Source of the DNA: an uncultured Actinomycetes bacterium
GTDB taxonomy: Bacteria > Actinomycetota > Thermoleophilia > Gaiellales > Gaiellaceae
NCBI GenBank assembly: GCA_963798935.1
Contig: CAWCVG010000008.1
Location: 4,752 to 68,751, forward strand
Reading direction: 5' to 3'
DNA length: 64,000 nt
Positions 1 to 9,474 of the stretch are shown in pieces; within the stretch, counting starts at the first letter, position 1; the number at the start of each line of letters is the position of its first letter. Both the position numbers and the translations under genes were made by a program. The notes beneath the pieces were generated by a model. It ran no database searches. It was not told where the DNA came from and saw only the letters and a list, made by a program, of their open reading frames with translations.

Positions 1-2529
1 CGTCAGCTCTTCGACCGGGCCTGCGGCCGCGAGCGCGGGCGTGCGCGCTCCCCCGCAGTGCTCGAGCAACAATGCGGCGCGTGCCGCGGCGGCTCGTGCG
101 CTCGCCTCGCGCCCGGCCTTGCGGTGGGCGGACGCAGCAGCGCTTTCGGCCTCCGCCGCCCACAGCAGCGCGCCCATGTCGGCGAACTGCGCCGCGGCGT
201 GTTCGATCCGGCGCGCGTCTCCGGAATCGATCGCCGCGGCATGCTCTCCGCAGGCAGCCCCAAGCGAGCCCTGCACCTGGCGCGCGCATCGGGCGAGCCG
301 CGTCGCAGCCTCACGTGGATCGCCGAGCCGCAGCAGCTCGTGCGCTGCCTTCACTGCGAGCGTTGTGCCTCGCTCGTTTGCGAGATCGGCCGCCATGTGT
401 GCCTTCTGCTGCGCCTCGGTGAGCGCGCCCCCCGCAGCCGCTGCCCAGGCGCGACCGAGCAGGACGTCGACGTCATAGAGCGACCCGCCTGGGCGCAGAG
501 CGCGTTCGGCCTCGGTCGCGGCCTCGGTCGCGCCGTCCGCGCCGCCCGCCTGACCTCGGGCCTGCGCCGTGAGTGAGAGCGCCAGGGGGAGGGAGCCGGT
601 CGGGTCGGCCTCGCGGAGCAACGCGGAGGCCTCACGCAGCCACCGCCTTGCCGCGGCCAGATGGCCTCGATGCAGCGCGGCCAGCCCGCATTCCAGCGCC
701 ATCAAACCGGTCGCCTCCGTGGTGCGGTCGCCGAGGAAGCGTGCATAGGCCTCGTCTGCGGCGATCTCCGCCTCTTCGAGACGGCCGTTGCAGAGGAGCG
801 CGAGGGCCCGTCCCCCGCGGTATTGCGCCGAGAGCAAGGGGCCGTGACCCGCATCCTTCTCCTCGGCGTAGGGCTGCCAGCGATCGACCAAGGCCAGCGC
901 GTCGTCGGTGCGTCCCGCCCACACGAGCGCATGCACTGCGATCCCGGCCGCGCGCACGCGGAAGTTGCGATCCGCACCCCCGGCGACGAGAGCCAGGGCT
1001 GCTTCCGCCGCTTCCGGCGACCGGCCGCGGCGAGCGAGCACCCAGCATCGGACCAGCTCGAGTTCGCGGCGCAGCTCGGCATCGGAAACCAGCTTCATCG
1101 CGCTGGCGAGAGCTGCTTCGGCCTCAGCGCCGCGGCCAAGCCCGACGACCAGATTCCGGGCATGGGCAAGCGCCACGCTCGCCCGCTCTTGCTCGGTGTC
1201 CGCTCTTTCGGTCAGCGACGAGAGGAGCGCCTCCGCTTCGACGAAGCGCTCCTGACCGATGAGTGCCCGCGCCACCGCGCGCTCAGCTGGAAAGCCAGCA
1301 CCCGCCTCGACCGCCGCACGCGCCAGCCGCTCCGCGAGAACCGGGTCGAGTGAAACCTCTGAGAGGACCGCAGCTCGTAGCAAGAGCTCGGCCGCTGCCG
1401 TGCCGCTCGAGTCGAGCCGCCAGACGACGAAGCGAAGGAGGTCGCCGGAGCGTCTCAGTCCCGTCGTCTCGAGCGCGTCCGCCAATCGACGCTGGAGCGC
1501 GGAGCCGCGCGTCGCAGGCATGCCGGCGCGTACCGACTCACCGAATAGCGGGTGCGCAAGGCGAAGCTCGAGCCGCCGGCGGTCGCGATCTGCGACGAGC
1601 ACACCACGGCGGGTCAGCGTGTCCGCTGCGACTGCCTCGCCCGGGTGCAGCAGTGACGCGCCGAGCGGCTCGCCCAGAGCAACCATCTCCAGCAGCTCGC
1701 GTTCGCGGTCGTCGAGCTGCCCGATGCGCGCTTGGATCAGCTCCCGCAGACGCCTCCCGGCCCGCAGAGGGCCGCGCCAGCGCCACAGCCCCGCCCTCGC
1801 CTCGAGCAGGCGCCGCTCGAGGCCGTCGAGGACGAGCTCGCGCGCGATCAGCGGCACGCCACGGCTCGCGTCCCATAGTCGATGTTTCGTCTCCCCGTCG
1901 ACATCGCCGCCGACTACGGACTCGACGAGCAAGCCGGTCTCCTCGAGCGAGAGCGGCTGCAGCTCGAGGTACTCGCAGTCGTGGTCCTTCCACAGCGCGA
2001 CGACCGCGTCCGGGACCGGCTCGCCGGTCCTGACCGTCGCAACCACCACCGCCTCGTGCGCGGCGGCCAGCTGCTGGACGAGCATCGCTGACGCTGCGTC
2101 GAGGAGGTGCGCGTCGTCGACGAGTAGCGCCACCGGGCGACCATCCTCGCGTGTGGCAATCGCCGCGCGCGCGAGGCGCAGGAGCTGGAGCAGCGTCGCC
2201 GCCGAGTCGGCGTCCGCGGGCAGCAGGTGTGCGAACGGGCCGAGCGGAATCGCGCGACCGGCCTCTGTCGCCGTCACGCGGACGGCCGTGTAGCCCGCGT
2301 CCTCCGCGGCGCGGAGCGCCTCCGTCGCTAGCCGCGTCTTGCCGACCCCAGCCGCGCCCGTGACGACGATCCCGCTCCTCTTCCGGCGCGCGAAGAGGTC
2401 CGGCAAAAGTCGACCTCCTCGCTGCGGCCGATCAGTGGCCACAACCGCGGATCGGTGGCCGAGCTCCCTCCTTCGGCAAGACGAGACGGTATGCGCGCTG
2501 CTCCCGCCAAGACTTCCACTATCGCGCCG
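1..2529 (-). CDS. LAL/MalT-type large ATP-binding transcriptional regulator (P-loop NTPase plus TPR-like helical repeats). The 3' end runs off the window start. One frame break as assembled.
   Basis: Absent from the ORF track because it has no stop inside the window. Manual reverse translation gives ...WPLIGRSEEVDF then (other frame) LPDLFARRKRSGIVVTGAAGVGKTRLATEALRAAEDAGY...VALLVDDAHLLD, i.e. Walker A and B. Ala/Leu-rich helical repeats follow down to ...ALLLEHCGGARTPALAAAGPVEELT at nt 1, where a LuxR-type HTH would normally follow. The frame junction sits at the T4 (plus-strand A4) run at 2405-2408. Start codon is uncertain: GTG 2529, TTG 2520 or ATG 2726. Confidence 0.75.
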
Positions 2530-2780
2530 AGTCGGGCGCAGCTCAAGCCGCGTCCCGGCGGGAGCGGTGTCGGGCAGATGGGCACGCTGCCCGCGCCGAA
2601 CAGCAAGCAGGGCCCTCCGGCGAACTGCCGGCGATCGAACCTGGCCGCGATCAGCGCGTCGTGCTCGACATCGGCTTCGCTCAACCATGCGGAGTCGAGC
2701 CGCGAACTAGCCCGGAAACCCCGCATGAATAGAGCGATTTCGCGTCGATTGTGGCACATCGTCGCGACCCGCGAACCCGC

Positions 2781-2821
2781 CTGCCACGCCGGAGGTCGCG
2801 GGTTCGAGTCCGTCGCTCCCG
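2781..2821 (+). other. tRNA 3'-half-like element, copy 1, with no matching 5' half: anticodon-loop-like CTGCCAC, AGGTC variable loop, T-arm and acceptor 3' strand
   Basis: Sequence is ctgccacgccggaggtcgcgggttcgagtccgtcgctcccg. It contains the GGTTCGAGTCC T-loop signature. No GGGAGCG-type 5' acceptor lies upstream and the putative anticodon stem pairs poorly. It is one C shorter than copy 2 in the T-stem. Confidence 0.45.
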
Positions 2822-2991
2822 TATGAATCGCGGCCGCAAGACCGCGGCCCGGCGCGCAGCCGTTCTGGAACGTTCGTGGAACGCAGCGACGACCACCGGT
2901 GGTGAACGCCGGCAAGGCCAGGACCGGGAAAGCCACCCAAAGAGCGACCGACGGAGACCGGCGAGAACGCGCGGCAAAGCACGGCGCGGAA

Positions 2992-3033
2992 CTGTCACGC
3001 CGGAGGTCGCGGGTTCGAGTCCCGTCGCTCCCG
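2992..3033 (+). other. tRNA 3'-half-like element, copy 2 (anticodon-loop-like CTGTCAC, as in tRNA-Asp GTC), with no matching 5' half
   Basis: Sequence is ctgtcacgccggaggtcgcgggttcgagtcccgtcgctcccg. The T-arm GCGGG/TTCGAGT/CCCGT folds, followed by acceptor 3' strand CGCTCCC and discriminator G. No complementary 5' acceptor or D-arm lies within about 110 nt upstream. It matches copy 1 at 40 of 42 positions. Confidence 0.45.
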
Positions 3034-3268
3034 CTTCCCGCTTGGCGAGGCCGCGAACGCGGTCGTCCACATGGGGTTTCGAACCGGGCGCTTTCCCGGC
3101 CACGACGAGAGCGGCGATCCCGAGGACGCCGAGCGCGACCCAGACGGGGGTCAGCGTGTTTCCGAAGGCGAGCTCCCCAGCCTGTCCCGCGAAGATCAGT
3201 ACGCCCGCGAGGATCGCCGCGACCGCTGTACGCGAGTCGCGGCTGCTTACGAGGGCTTGGCGTTTCGA

Positions 3269-3508
3269 TTGGCGAAACCCCGTCATGAGAGTAGGCTCGG
3301 CATCATCACCAAACGACGGATTCTGTACTGGCTGGCTGCGATGGTCGCCGTGCTCGTCGTGGGAACGACTATCGGCCTCATCTGGGCCGACACCAGCGAC
3401 GTTGCCGGTTTGATTGCCGTGGTGACGAACCTCGTCGGTGGCCTCGGAATCGTGCTTCTCTTGATCGCGCTTGGCGTCGTGACTTGGCGTCAGCGGCAAG
3501 CGGCTTAG
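3269..3508 (+). CDS. small hypothetical membrane protein (two predicted TM helices)
   Basis: The C-terminal part of ORF 3071..3508 reads RRILYWLAAMVAVLVVGTTIGLIWADTSDVAGLIAVVTNLVGGLGIVLLLIALGVVTWRQRQAA. Start is uncertain: TTG 3269 or ATG 3341. No family recognised. Confidence 0.3.
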   Translation: MAKPRHESRLGIITKRRILYWLAAMVAVLVVGTTIGLIWADTSDVAGLIAVVTNLVGGLGIVLLLIALGVVTWRQRQAA

Positions 3509-3989
3509 GCCGCGGCGTACGGCTCGCGGGCACTCGCGAGCGCCTGACTCGTTCTGGCCTATTGGTCTGTGCTACTCGCCGTAGACGCGAGTCCGTTGTC
3601 CTCACGCAGATCCGTGCCGACGATCCCGCGCGGAGTTACCTCGAGGAGGCAGGGACGACCCCACCAGGATTCGCCGATCTGCAATCTGGGATGGCGGGCA
3701 GCGGCCAGAATCAGTTCCGCACCTGGTCGGCATCGGTGAGGCACAGCGGCTTCCTCGTCCAGATCCAGGCGCCGACCGGGAGCTGGTGCTGCGGGCCGCG
3801 CGGGCGCTACGGCCGATCCCGGCGGGCGCGCGTTAGCGCTGCCGCCGCGGATCACCTTGAACCGCCCCGCACAAGCTCTTGGCTGTGCGACTGGCGCATT
3901 GACTGGCGCGCATCGAGTGCTGGAGTGCCAAAGTCGTCCGTTTTGCAGCACGTTTCCGAGTCAGACGCGCAGCTTCCTAAACCGCGTGC

Positions 3990-4013
3990 GCAGGTTCGAT
4001 TCCTGCCGGGGCA
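3990..4013 (+). other. third isolated tRNA T-arm/acceptor-like element
   Basis: A perfect T-arm GCAGG/TTCGATT/CCTGC is followed by CGGGGCA. No TGCCCCG-type 5' acceptor lies within 100 nt upstream. It abuts the stop codon of the SARP gene. Confidence 0.35.
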
Positions 4014-6809
4014 TCAGGCCGTAGCTGATGTCGGGTCGTCGGCGACCGCTAACGCCACAGCCTCCTCCACAGACAGTGCGCGGCCTTCGGCGCGTGCGGC
4101 TGCGAACGCGGCTTCGCCGAGCGACGCGCTCGCCCTTCGGACCGCGTCCTCGAAGCCGCCGGCGTTGGCGGCCGCAAGCGGTGTTCCGGCCGTCTCGCGC
4201 AGCGCGTCGGCGGCGCCGATGAGCCTCGCCGCTCGCTCGGGTCTTCCCTCGGCCTCGGCGGCAAGCGCCAGCACGTGGACCCCATCCGCGATTCCTGCGG
4301 TGGTGCCATGCCTGCGGTACAGCTCGATGGATTCCTTGGCCAGGCTCGCCGCCGCCCCGGTCTCTCGAGCCGCCAGCGCCAGCCTGCTCCGGTCGACGAG
4401 GATGGCCGCCAACGCCGAGTCGTCTTCGTGCTCGCGCGCGAGCTGCTCCGACTCGTCGAGCAGCTCGTTCGCCCGGCGGTGGTCCCCGCCCTGCGCGGTC
4501 AGGACGCCCAGCTCACGGAGCGAGACGATCAGCCCGCGGACGTGCCCGAGCTCGCGAGCCAGCTGCAGCGATTCGTCCGCGTACTCCAGCGCGCGATCGC
4601 GTCGGCCGAGCTCGACCGCGGCCTGGCCGAGCAGGTGGACCGTCCGCCCGATGCCTTCGCGGTCGCCGAGGCTCCTGTAGAGCGCGAGGCTCTCCTCTCC
4701 CACCGCCGAGCAGTGCTCGGCATCGCCGCGGGCGAGCGCGAGGAAGGCAGCCGAGTGGAGTGCCCGAGCTCGGAGCGGGCTCTCGGCGCCCGGAGCGCTC
4801 GCGAGCGCTCGCTCGAGCGATGAGAGCCCCTCCTCGAAGTGGCAGCGGCTGAGCCAGAACTCGAGCAGGCCGACGGCGATCCGCAATGCCAGCTCGGGGT
4901 CCGATCGGTCTGCCCACGCAAGCGCCGACCGCAGATTCGCGTAGTCGGCCTCGAGCCGTTCGAGCCACGCGGCGCGGTTGGGCCCTTGCACCGACTCCCA
5001 CAGGGCAGCGGCCGCCTCCTCCGCAAGCGCCGCGAACCGAGCGGCGTGGCGACGGCGGAGCTCCTCGGCGCCTCCTCTCGCCTCGAGTCGCTCCACCGCG
5101 TACTCCCGGATCGTCTCGAGCATCGAGTAGCGGCTGTCGTCACGCTGCAGCAGGCTCCGGTCGACGAGACGCTCGAGCTCTTCTGACGAGGCCCCGCAAA
5201 CCGCTTCCGCGTCGTCCGAGGTGCAGCCCCCGGAGAAGACGCCAAGCGCCGCAAAGAGCGCGCGCTCTTCGTCTTCGAGCAGGTCGTGACTCCACTCGAC
5301 CGTCGCGCGGAGCGTCTGGTGGCGTTCGGGCAGGTCCCGCGGTCCCTCCGTCAGGACGGCGAGCCGCTCCTGCAATCGCTCGGCAAGCTCGGCCGGCGCG
5401 AGCTGCCGGACGCGCGCCGCGGCGAGCTCGAGTGCGAGCGGAAGGCCGTCGACCGCGACGCAGATCTCGGCGACCGCCGCCGCGTTCGTCGCGTCGAGAC
5501 GAAAGCCGTGGCGGATCGCCTCTGCACGAGCCACGAAAAGCCCGACTGCCTCGTTCTGCGCGAGCACGTCCAGCCGCCGGACGTCCTCGTTGTTCGGCAG
5601 CCGGAGCGGCGGCACGCGGTACTCGTGCTCGCCGGACAACCGCAGAAGTGCGCGGCTCGTGACCAGGACGCACAGTCCCGGCGCAGCTGCGAGCAGCTCG
5701 CTCACGACCGGCGCCGCCTCGTCCACGCGCTCGAAGTTGTCGAGCAACAGCAGGGTCGTCCGCTCTCGCAGAACCTCCTTGACGCTGTCGAGCGTCGTGC
5801 CGCGGCCCTCGCCGAGAGGCAGCGCGTGCGCGATTGTCGGCGAGACGTCAGCCGGATCGTCGAGCGGGGCCAGGTCGACGAAGTAGGCGCCGTCGGGCAG
5901 CGCCCTTCCGAACTCCCAAGCGGCCTCGAGCGCGAGCCGTGTCTTTCCGGTTCCGCCTGGACCGGTGAGTGTGACGAGACGGACGTCGGGGCGGCGGAGC
6001 AATCCGGTCACGGCGGCGAGCTCGAGCCCACGGCCGACAAGGGCCGTCGGCGGGGCGGGAAGGTTGCCCTTCACCGCGCGGACACGCGCCTGCGGCGCGA
6101 GCGCCGGATCCTGGCGCAGGATCGCGCCTTCCAGCCGCCGAAGCTCGGGCCCCGGCTCGACGCCGAGGTCCTCGCCGAGCGTGCGCCGCGCCTCGCGATA
6201 CGCGTCCAGCGCCTCTGCCTGGCGGCCCACGCGGTAGAGGGCGCGCATGAGCTGGCCCCGAAGCCGTTCCCGGTACGGGTGCTCGGAGATCAGGCGCTCG
6301 AGCTCTGGCAGGAGCACGTCGCCTGCGCCCTCGTCGAGCTCCGCGTCGATGCGGCGCTCGACGGCGGCGAGCCGAAGATCGTCGAGCCGGGCCGCTTCCG
6401 CGGACGCGAACGGCGCGTCGACTCCCACGAGGGCGGGGCCGCGCCAGAGCTCGAGCGCCGCGGCGGGAGCGTCCTCCTGGCGCTCGAGGAAGCGGGCGAG
6501 GTCGAGCTCACCGGGCTCGACCCGCAGCATGTAGCCGTCGCCGACCGTCTCGATGCGATCCGGTCCGAGCAGCTTCCGCAGGGCATGGACGGCGACCTGG
6601 AGGGCGTTCTGAACGCGAGCCGGCGGGTCTTCGCCCCAGAGCGCGTCGATCAGCACGTCGCGCCTGACGACCTCGTTCGAATGGAGGAGCAGAAACGCCA
6701 GGAGGGAGCGCTGGCGCGGCCCACCCACGGGCAGGACAGCGCCGCCGCTCTCCACCTCGAGCGGGCCCAGCAGCCGAAACTCGAGCCTCCCCCTGTCCGC
6801 AGAGGTCAC
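4014..6809 (-). CDS. AfsR/SARP-family transcriptional regulator (winged-helix DNA-binding plus BTAD, NB-ARC ATPase, C-terminal TPR)
   Basis: ORF 4014..7331 contains RLEFRLLGPLEVESGGAVLPVGGPRQRSLLAFLLLHSNEVVRRDVLIDALWGEDPP...LDLARF...YRERLRGQLMRALYRVGRQAEALDAYREARRTL (SARP/BTAD), then VTLTGPGGTGKTRLALE (P-loop) and repeated TPR-like ...LGDREGIGRTVHLLGQAAVELGRRDRALEY. Start trimmed to GTG 6809 because the upstream part of the ORF overlaps the divergent cupin gene. Confidence 0.88.
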   Translation of the reverse strand: MTSADRGRLEFRLLGPLEVESGGAVLPVGGPRQRSLLAFLLLHSNEVVRRDVLIDALWGEDPPARVQNALQVAVHALRKLLGPDRIETVGDGYMLRVEPGELDLARFLERQEDAPAAALELWRGPALVGVDAPFASAEAARLDDLRLAAVERRIDAELDEGAGDVLLPELERLISEHPYRERLRGQLMRALYRVGRQAEALDAYREARRTLGEDLGVEPGPELRRLEGAILRQDPALAPQARVRAVKGNLPAPPTALVGRGLELAAVTGLLRRPDVRLVTLTGPGGTGKTRLALEAAWEFGRALPDGAYFVDLAPLDDPADVSPTIAHALPLGEGRGTTLDSVKEVLRERTTLLLLDNFERVDEAAPVVSELLAAAPGLCVLVTSRALLRLSGEHEYRVPPLRLPNNEDVRRLDVLAQNEAVGLFVARAEAIRHGFRLDATNAAAVAEICVAVDGLPLALELAAARVRQLAPAELAERLQERLAVLTEGPRDLPERHQTLRATVEWSHDLLEDEERALFAALGVFSGGCTSDDAEAVCGASSEELERLVDRSLLQRDDSRYSMLETIREYAVERLEARGGAEELRRRHAARFAALAEEAAAALWESVQGPNRAAWLERLEADYANLRSALAWADRSDPELALRIAVGLLEFWLSRCHFEEGLSSLERALASAPGAESPLRARALHSAAFLALARGDAEHCSAVGEESLALYRSLGDREGIGRTVHLLGQAAVELGRRDRALEYADESLQLARELGHVRGLIVSLRELGVLTAQGGDHRRANELLDESEQLAREHEDDSALAAILVDRSRLALAARETGAAASLAKESIELYRRHGTTAGIADGVHVLALAAEAEGRPERAARLIGAADALRETAGTPLAAANAGGFEDAVRRASASLGEAAFAAARAEGRALSVEEAVALAVADDPTSATA

Positions 6810-6812
6810 CGT

Positions 6813-6841
6813 CGTAAGCCTGCCGTAAGCGGGCCGTAAGC
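6813..6841 (+). promoter_or_regulatory. three CGTAAGC heptamer direct repeats at exact 11-bp spacing (candidate SARP box) between the divergent SARP and cupin genes
   Basis: CGTAAGC occurs at 6813-6819, 6824-6830 and 6835-6841. The last copy ends 50 nt upstream of the cupin ATG (6892). The first copy is 4 nt from the proposed SARP GTG (6809). Confidence 0.45.
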
Positions 6842-6891
6842 GCTGCGCCCGATCGTTCGAGGCGTCAATCGAACGAAGGGAGCTCACCAAC

Positions 6892-7470
6892 ATGATTCGC
6901 GCAGGAGATTCGATCGAGAACCCGGTCACCGGCGAGCGCATCGTCTTCCGGAAGACGTCCGCGGAGACGAACGGCGAGGCCGTCGTGGTCGAGTGCTTCG
7001 TCAAGCCGAACGGCGCCGTTGCAGCGGCGCACGTGCATCCGTCCCAGGACGAGCGCTTCGAGGTGCTCAAGGGCTCGCTCACGCTCAAGCTCGACGGCCA
7101 GGAGCTGCCGGCGGGGCCCGGCGACCGGATCCTCGTTCCGGCCGGAACGAAGCACCAGTTCTGGAACGCCGGCGACGAGGAGGCGCACTTCGTCTGCGAG
7201 GTCCGGCCGGCGCTCAAGTTCGAGCAGCTGATCGAGACGATGTTCTCGCTCGCCGCCGACGGCAAGACGAACAAGAAGGGGCTGCCGAACCCGCTCCGGC
7301 TCGCCGTGATCGCACGCGACACGTTCGACACGGTGCAGCTGCCCTTCCCGCCGGCCTGGATGCAGCGGGTCGGCCTGGCACTCGGCGCACCGATCGGCCG
7401 TCTGTTCGGCTACAAGCCGACCTACACGTCGACGGCGGCGCCGGCCGAGAGCGAGGCAGTCACCGCGTGA
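6892..7470 (+). CDS. cupin domain protein
   Basis: Intact 192-aa ORF. Cupin motifs are present: AAHVHPSQDERFEVLKGSLTLKLDG...GDRILVPAGTKHQFWN. The Shine-Dalgarno (SD) sequence GGGAG lies about 9 nt upstream of the ATG. Confidence 0.85.
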   Translation: MIRAGDSIENPVTGERIVFRKTSAETNGEAVVVECFVKPNGAVAAAHVHPSQDERFEVLKGSLTLKLDGQELPAGPGDRILVPAGTKHQFWNAGDEEAHFVCEVRPALKFEQLIETMFSLAADGKTNKKGLPNPLRLAVIARDTFDTVQLPFPPAWMQRVGLALGAPIGRLFGYKPTYTSTAAPAESEAVTA

Positions 7471-7625
7471 GGCGACGTCGCTTGAAGCGCCGGCTGTTCT
7501 GGACGGCCGTGATCGTCGCCCTCCTGCTGATCTGGCTGATCACGCAGGTCCTCCGCGCCGCCGAGGCAACCGCCGCGGCGGCGCGGCGCGCCCACAGCTC
7601 AGCCCATGGAGCAGCGGCTTCATAA
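7467..7625 (+). CDS. small hypothetical membrane protein, start overlapping the cupin stop (GTGA)
   Basis: Translation is VRRRRLKRRLFWTAVIVALLLIWLITQVLRAAEATAAAARRAHSSAHGAAAS. It has a basic N-terminus followed by one TM helix. The overlap geometry suggests translational coupling. No family recognised. Confidence 0.35.
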   Translation: MRRRRLKRRLFWTAVIVALLLIWLITQVLRAAEATAAAARRAHSSAHGAAAS

Positions 7626-7645
7626 ACCGCATCTATGCTCGACAC

Positions 7646-8281
7646 ATGGATGCAACGCGGCCACGTCTTCGCGGCGTCCTCCACCAGTACGCCTTCTTCG
7701 TCTCGCTCGTTTTCGGCGGCGCACTCGTCGTCGTCGCGTCCGGAGCGAGCGAGAAGGTCTCGGCCGCCGTCTTCGCCGCCGCCCTGGCGACCATGTTCGG
7801 CGTCAGTGCGCTCTACCACCGGATCACCTGGCGGCCCGGGCCAAGGCGCTGGATGCGGCGCCTCGACCACGCCGCGATCTACCTCCTGATCGCCGGGACG
7901 TACACGCCCTTCGCATTGCTCGTGCTCTCGGACGCGTGGCGCTGGACCGTCCTCCCGATCGTCTGGGGCGGCGCGCTCGCGGCGATCGTCCTCAAGCTGG
8001 CTTGGGTGGACGGGCCGAAATGGCTGGCCGCCGCGCTCGGGATCGCACTCGGCTGGGTCGGAGTCGTGGCGCTCCCGCAACTCTGGGACCACGCCGGCCT
8101 GGCCGGCATCCTCCTGCTCGCGATCGGAGGTGTTCTCTACACGTGTGGCGCCGTCGTGTACGCCAGCGGCCGGCCCGATCCGAACCCGGCCGTGTTCGGC
8201 TACCACGAGCTCTTTCACGCGCTCGTGATCGCTGCGGCCGCGTGCCAGTACGCGGCCGTCGCGGTGGTCCTCTCCTCCTAG
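7646..8281 (+). CDS. hemolysin III / PAQR-family integral membrane protein
   Basis: Intact 211-aa ORF with seven hydrophobic segments. Family-typical motifs are present: SALYHRITW, RRLDHAAIYLLIAGTYTPF, FGYHELFHALV. Confidence 0.85.
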   Translation: MDATRPRLRGVLHQYAFFVSLVFGGALVVVASGASEKVSAAVFAAALATMFGVSALYHRITWRPGPRRWMRRLDHAAIYLLIAGTYTPFALLVLSDAWRWTVLPIVWGGALAAIVLKLAWVDGPKWLAAALGIALGWVGVVALPQLWDHAGLAGILLLAIGGVLYTCGAVVYASGRPDPNPAVFGYHELFHALVIAAAACQYAAVAVVLSS

Positions 8282-9474
8282 ATCTTCCGCCGCTGCCGCG
8301 GCGGGCCCCACTTGGAGCGCCGCCCCCGGCCCGAGTAGACGAGCCGCTTGGGTGCGACGCGCATGCCCTGCTGCTCGAACTGCTCGTGCTCACCGACGCT
8401 CCGCGCGACGTGGCTGACCTCGGCCTGCTGCTCGGGCAGGACGAGCGTGATGCCGGTGCCGTCTCGTCCGGCGCGGGCGGTGCGCCCGACCCGATGGGTG
8501 TATCCGGTGTTGTCGGCCGGTGGATCGAAGTTGATCACGTGTGAGATGTTGTCGAGGTCGAGGCCCCGCGCGGCAACGTCGGTCGCGACGAGGGTCTTGA
8601 CCTTGCCCGCCTCGAACTGCGCGAGCGCGCGCTCCCTGGCACCCTGGCCCATGTCGCCGTGCATCGCGGCCGCCTTGACTCCGTGCCGCCGCAGCCTTTG
8701 CACCAGCCGGTCGGCGCCGCGCTTCGTCCGCACGAAGACGAGCGTGAGGCCCTCGTCGTGGCCGAGGATCTCCACCAGGGTCTCCACCTTGCTGTCGGCG
8801 GTCACCCCGACGAATCGGTGATCGGTCTCTCCCTGCTCGAGCACGCCCGGGAGCTGGCCGTCGACGCGGCTCGGGTTGTGTGTGTACGCCCGAGCGAGCT
8901 CGGCGACCTCGCCGTCGAGCGTCGCCGAGAAGAACATCGTCTGCCGCTTCTTCGGCAGCCGCCTGACGATCGCGTCGACCTGTGGCTGGAAGCCCATGTC
9001 CAGCATCCGGTCGGCCTCGTCGAGGACGAGGATGCGGATGCCGTCGAGGTTGACCAACCGTCGGTTCGCGAGATCCTGGAGCCGGCCCGGCGTCGCGACG
9101 AGGATGTGCGCGCTCTTCGCCGCCTTCCCCTGCGCGGAGACCGAGGTGCCGCCGTACACGGCCGTGACGCGCAGGCCTCTCGTTCGCCCGATGTCCTCGA
9201 ACTCCTCGGCGACCTGCGTCGCGAGCTCCCTGGTGGGGACGAGGACGAGTGCCGAGGGACGCGCGTCGGCGGCGTCGAGGCGCTGGACGATCGGCGCGGC
9301 GAATGCGATGGTCTTGCCCGACCCCGTGGGGGACCTGGCCAGGACGTCGTTCCCGGCCAAGGCGTCCGGGATGACGAGTGACTGGATCGAGAACGGCGTG
9401 TGAATCGACCGCCGCGCGAGTGCAGCGGCGATCGGTTCGGCCACGCCGAGGCCCGCGAATGATTCCCTTGTCAT
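8278..9474 (-). CDS. DEAD-box ATP-dependent RNA helicase
   Basis: Intact 398-aa ORF carrying the Q-motif region, SPTGSGKT (motif I), DEADRMLDMGF (motif II), SAT (motif III) and HRVGRTARAG (motif VI). SD GAAGGAG lies upstream of the ATG. Confidence 0.93.
   Translation of the reverse strand: MTRESFAGLGVAEPIAAALARRSIHTPFSIQSLVIPDALAGNDVLARSPTGSGKTIAFAAPIVQRLDAADARPSALVLVPTRELATQVAEEFEDIGRTRGLRVTAVYGGTSVSAQGKAAKSAHILVATPGRLQDLANRRLVNLDGIRILVLDEADRMLDMGFQPQVDAIVRRLPKKRQTMFFSATLDGEVAELARAYTHNPSRVDGQLPGVLEQGETDHRFVGVTADSKVETLVEILGHDEGLTLVFVRTKRGADRLVQRLRRHGVKAAAMHGDMGQGARERALAQFEAGKVKTLVATDVAARGLDLDNISHVINFDPPADNTGYTHRVGRTARAGRDGTGITLVLPEQQAEVSHVARSVGEHEQFEQQGMRVAPKRLVYSGRGRRSKWGPPRQRRKI

Noticed and set aside
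1259-2293. 344-aa Ser/Arg/Ala-rich plus-strand ORF, with the neighbouring overlapping ORFs at 573..1262 and 661..1353
   Set aside because: It is antisense to the LAL/MalT-type regulator, whose minus-strand translation shows Walker A/B motifs and helical repeats. The plus-strand products are low complexity.
2781-3033. Calling the two tRNA-like elements intact tRNA-Gly(GCC) and tRNA-Asp(GTC) genes
   Set aside because: - No 5' acceptor strand complementary to CGCTCCC is present.
- There is no D-arm.
- The 5 nt preceding each anticodon-like loop do not pair adequately with GCCGG (copy 1: 4 of 5 pairs; copy 2: 2 of 5).
2700-4013. An integrated mobile element next to the tRNA-like fragments
   Set aside because: No integrase, transposase or phage-like ORF could be recognised in any frame of this 1.3-kb stretch. 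At most it is a scar, so it is reported only as a low-confidence finding.
5286-6839. 517-aa plus-strand ORF, with other overlapping ORFs across 4014-6809
   Set aside because: It is antisense to the well-supported SARP/NB-ARC/TPR regulator, and the plus-strand translation has no motifs.
7460-8311. 283-aa minus-strand ORF, and the 9644..10738 minus-strand ORF (364 aa)
   Set aside because: They are antisense to the intact hemolysin-III and GH1 genes respectively. Their composition is typical of GC-rich shadow ORFs.
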